Below are positions 61,957-64,000 of a DNA stretch of 64,000 bases, piece by piece (within the stretch, counting starts at the first letter, position 1; every line of letters starts with the position of its first letter). The notes beneath the pieces were generated by a model. The model saw nothing but the letters and a program-made list of their open reading frames with translations. It had not been told where the DNA came from and ran no database searches. The DNA is taken from assembly GCA_030390025.1 (NCBI GenBank), contig CM059432.1, positions 116,252,001-116,316,000 of the forward strand, given 5' to 3'. Both the position numbers and the translations under genes were made by a program. This DNA comes from Squalus acanthias (lineage: Eukaryota).

Positions 61957-64000
61957 TTAGGAGGTGTGGACGAGACGGTGTGGCGGTCTGATGGGCTGGC
62001 TGGAGCGGCTCTTGTAGGACGCCGGTGGACGTGGAACGGCCGGGCGTGGAGCAGCCGGGTGAACTGGCTTGAGGGCAGGTCGGCTGCGTGGCGGTGGACG
62101 AGCTACAGGGACCTGCTCACCGGGCTCCGAGTGTGCTGGCTTGAGTCGGTCAACCGACACTTTTTCGGTCCTGTCGCCCACTTGCAGGGTGAAAAATTTG
62201 TCCCCAGCCTGTAGCACCTTGTAGGGCCCATTGTACGGGGGTTGAAGGGGTCCGCGGCGGGCGTCGTGCCGGACGAAAATGAGCCGTGCCTGGTGCAGGC
62301 TTAGTGGGACGTGTGAGGTGGATTCGCCGTGTCGGGCAATGGGCACCGGGGCGAACTGAAGCGCCGGTGAGGCGAAGTCGTGGCGTTGCTGGTCGGCTGA
62401 CCAGGGTGTCGTGGCGGTGGGCAGGAACTCGCCGGGTACGCGCAGCGGCTGACTGTACACGAGCTCTGCTGCCGATGCATGGAGGTCTTCTTTAACCGCG
62501 GTGCGCAGGCCAAGGAGGACCCACGGGAGTCGGTCGGTCCAGGCGCTGTCCTGGAGGCTTGCTCGAAGAGATGCCTTCAAGGATCTGTGGAACCGCTCAC
62601 ACAGTCCGTTGGCTTGGGGGTGGTACGCTGTGGTGCGGTGAATGGTCACCCCGAGATTGCGTGCGACCGCGGTCCAGAGTTCAGAGGTAAATTGCGGACC
62701 TCTGTCCGACATCATGTCGGAGGGAACGCCGAACCGTGCGACCCAGGTGCTGACGAAGGCTCTGGCGATGTCGGCGGTGGTGGTAGAGGTCAGTGGAATT
62801 GCCTCGGGCCAGCGCGTGGTGCCCTCAACGATCGTCAGCAAGTGCGTGTGGCCTTGCGACGGCGGCAGGGGCCCGACGATGTCCACGTGGATGTGGTCGA
62901 ATCTACGCGAAGGGACGGTAAACTCCTCGAGGGGTGCTTTCGTGTGTTGCTGCACCTTGGCCCGTTGGCAGGCTAGGCAGGAGTTGGCCCAAGTGCGCAC
63001 ATCCTTGCGAAGGCCGCGCCAGACAAAGCGGTTGGCTACCAATTTGATGGATGCGCGGGCGCCGGGGTGGGAGAGGTTGTGGAGAATCTCGAAAACCCGG
63101 CGGCGCCAGGACGCTGGGACGACGGGCCGAGGTTGACATAGGGATATGTCGCACTTGACCGTGACTGCGGTCGGGCCACAGGCGACGTCGGCCAGGCGTA
63201 GCCCTGGTAGGTTGGTAGGTGCGGAGAGCAGATCAGGGTCGGTGATCTGGTCTGCTGCGAGTTGAGCATAGTTGACTGTCAGGTGTGCGGCGTGGATGGC
63301 GGGGCGGGACAGGCAGTCGGCTACCACATTGTCTCGGCCGGAGACGTGTTGGATGTCCGTGGTGAACTCGGACACTGCCCCGAGCTGGCGCTGCTGCCTG
63401 GTGGACCAGGGGTCGGTTGTCTTTGCCATTGCGAATGTCAGGGGTTTGTGGTCGACAAACGCAGTGAAGGGGTGGCCCTCCAGCAAAAACCGAAAATGGC
63501 GGACCGCCAGGAACAGCGCGAGGAGCTCGCAGTCGAAGGTGCTGTACTTGACCTCCGGGGGGCGTAGTTGGCGGCTGAAGAAGGCAAGTGGTTGCCAGGC
63601 GCCGTCGACCCACTGCTCATACACGGCGCCGACCGATTGGTCGGAGGCGTCCGTGGTGAGCGCTACCCTGGCATTGGGCCGTGGGTGCGCGAGCAGGGTG
63701 GCGTTGGCGAGCGCGGTCTTGGTGGAGTCGAAGGCAGCTGACGCGTCTGCCGTCCATTCGACCGCCATCTTGCCGCTCCTGCCCCAGAGGGCTTCATACA
63801 GGGGCCTCATGAGGGATGAAGCGTTTGTAGAAATTCACCATCCCGAGGAACTGCTGGAGGCCTTTGATGGTGGTGGGGCGGGGAAATTGTTGGATGGCCT
63901 GCACCTTGGTGGGCAGGGGAATGGCCCCAGCATGGGTGATGTGGTGGCCGAGGAAGTCGATCTTGTCCAGGCCAAACTGGCATTTGGCTGGGCTGAGGAT
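61957..64000 (-). mobile_element. Ty3/Gypsy LTR retrotransposon pol (RT end, RNase H, integrase); runs off right edge
   Basis: KCQF..FLGH, FLGMVNFY, TDAS, DHKPL, NVVADCLSR, HNLSHPG..CLAC, HVDIVGP, SDRGPQF, LCERFH, GPY, in RT-RH-IN order. Frameshifting deletion near 63811; PPT-like tctggggtgagc then TG at about 61938. Confidence 0.95.

Overview
This is eukaryotic, repeat-dense DNA, most likely from a cartilaginous fish (inferred from HE1-type V-SINE, Deu-type SINE and CR1 families typical of sharks). I could not identify a host protein-coding gene. Most of the window is transposable elements: CR1 LINEs of several families (one near-complete), one L2, two Penelope-like elements with minimal hammerhead ribozymes, seven SINEs (all on the minus strand), many PIF/Harbinger elements and MITEs including spliced Myb/SANT genes, a ~5 kb G-rich minisatellite expanded inside a MITE, and the 3' part of a GC-rich Gypsy element at the right edge. 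The most unusual item is at 1-2420 (-): a stop-free ORF of at least 806 codons that fuses the CR1 ORF1 N-terminus in frame to the ORF2 reverse transcriptase and lacks the endonuclease. It is missing from the ORF track, probably because it runs off the window edge. Other notable items are 3- and 4-level nested insertions, a fold-back inverted duplication and a 1817-bp higher-order repeat. Family names come from motif recognition only, no database search was run, and many repeat boundaries are approximate.
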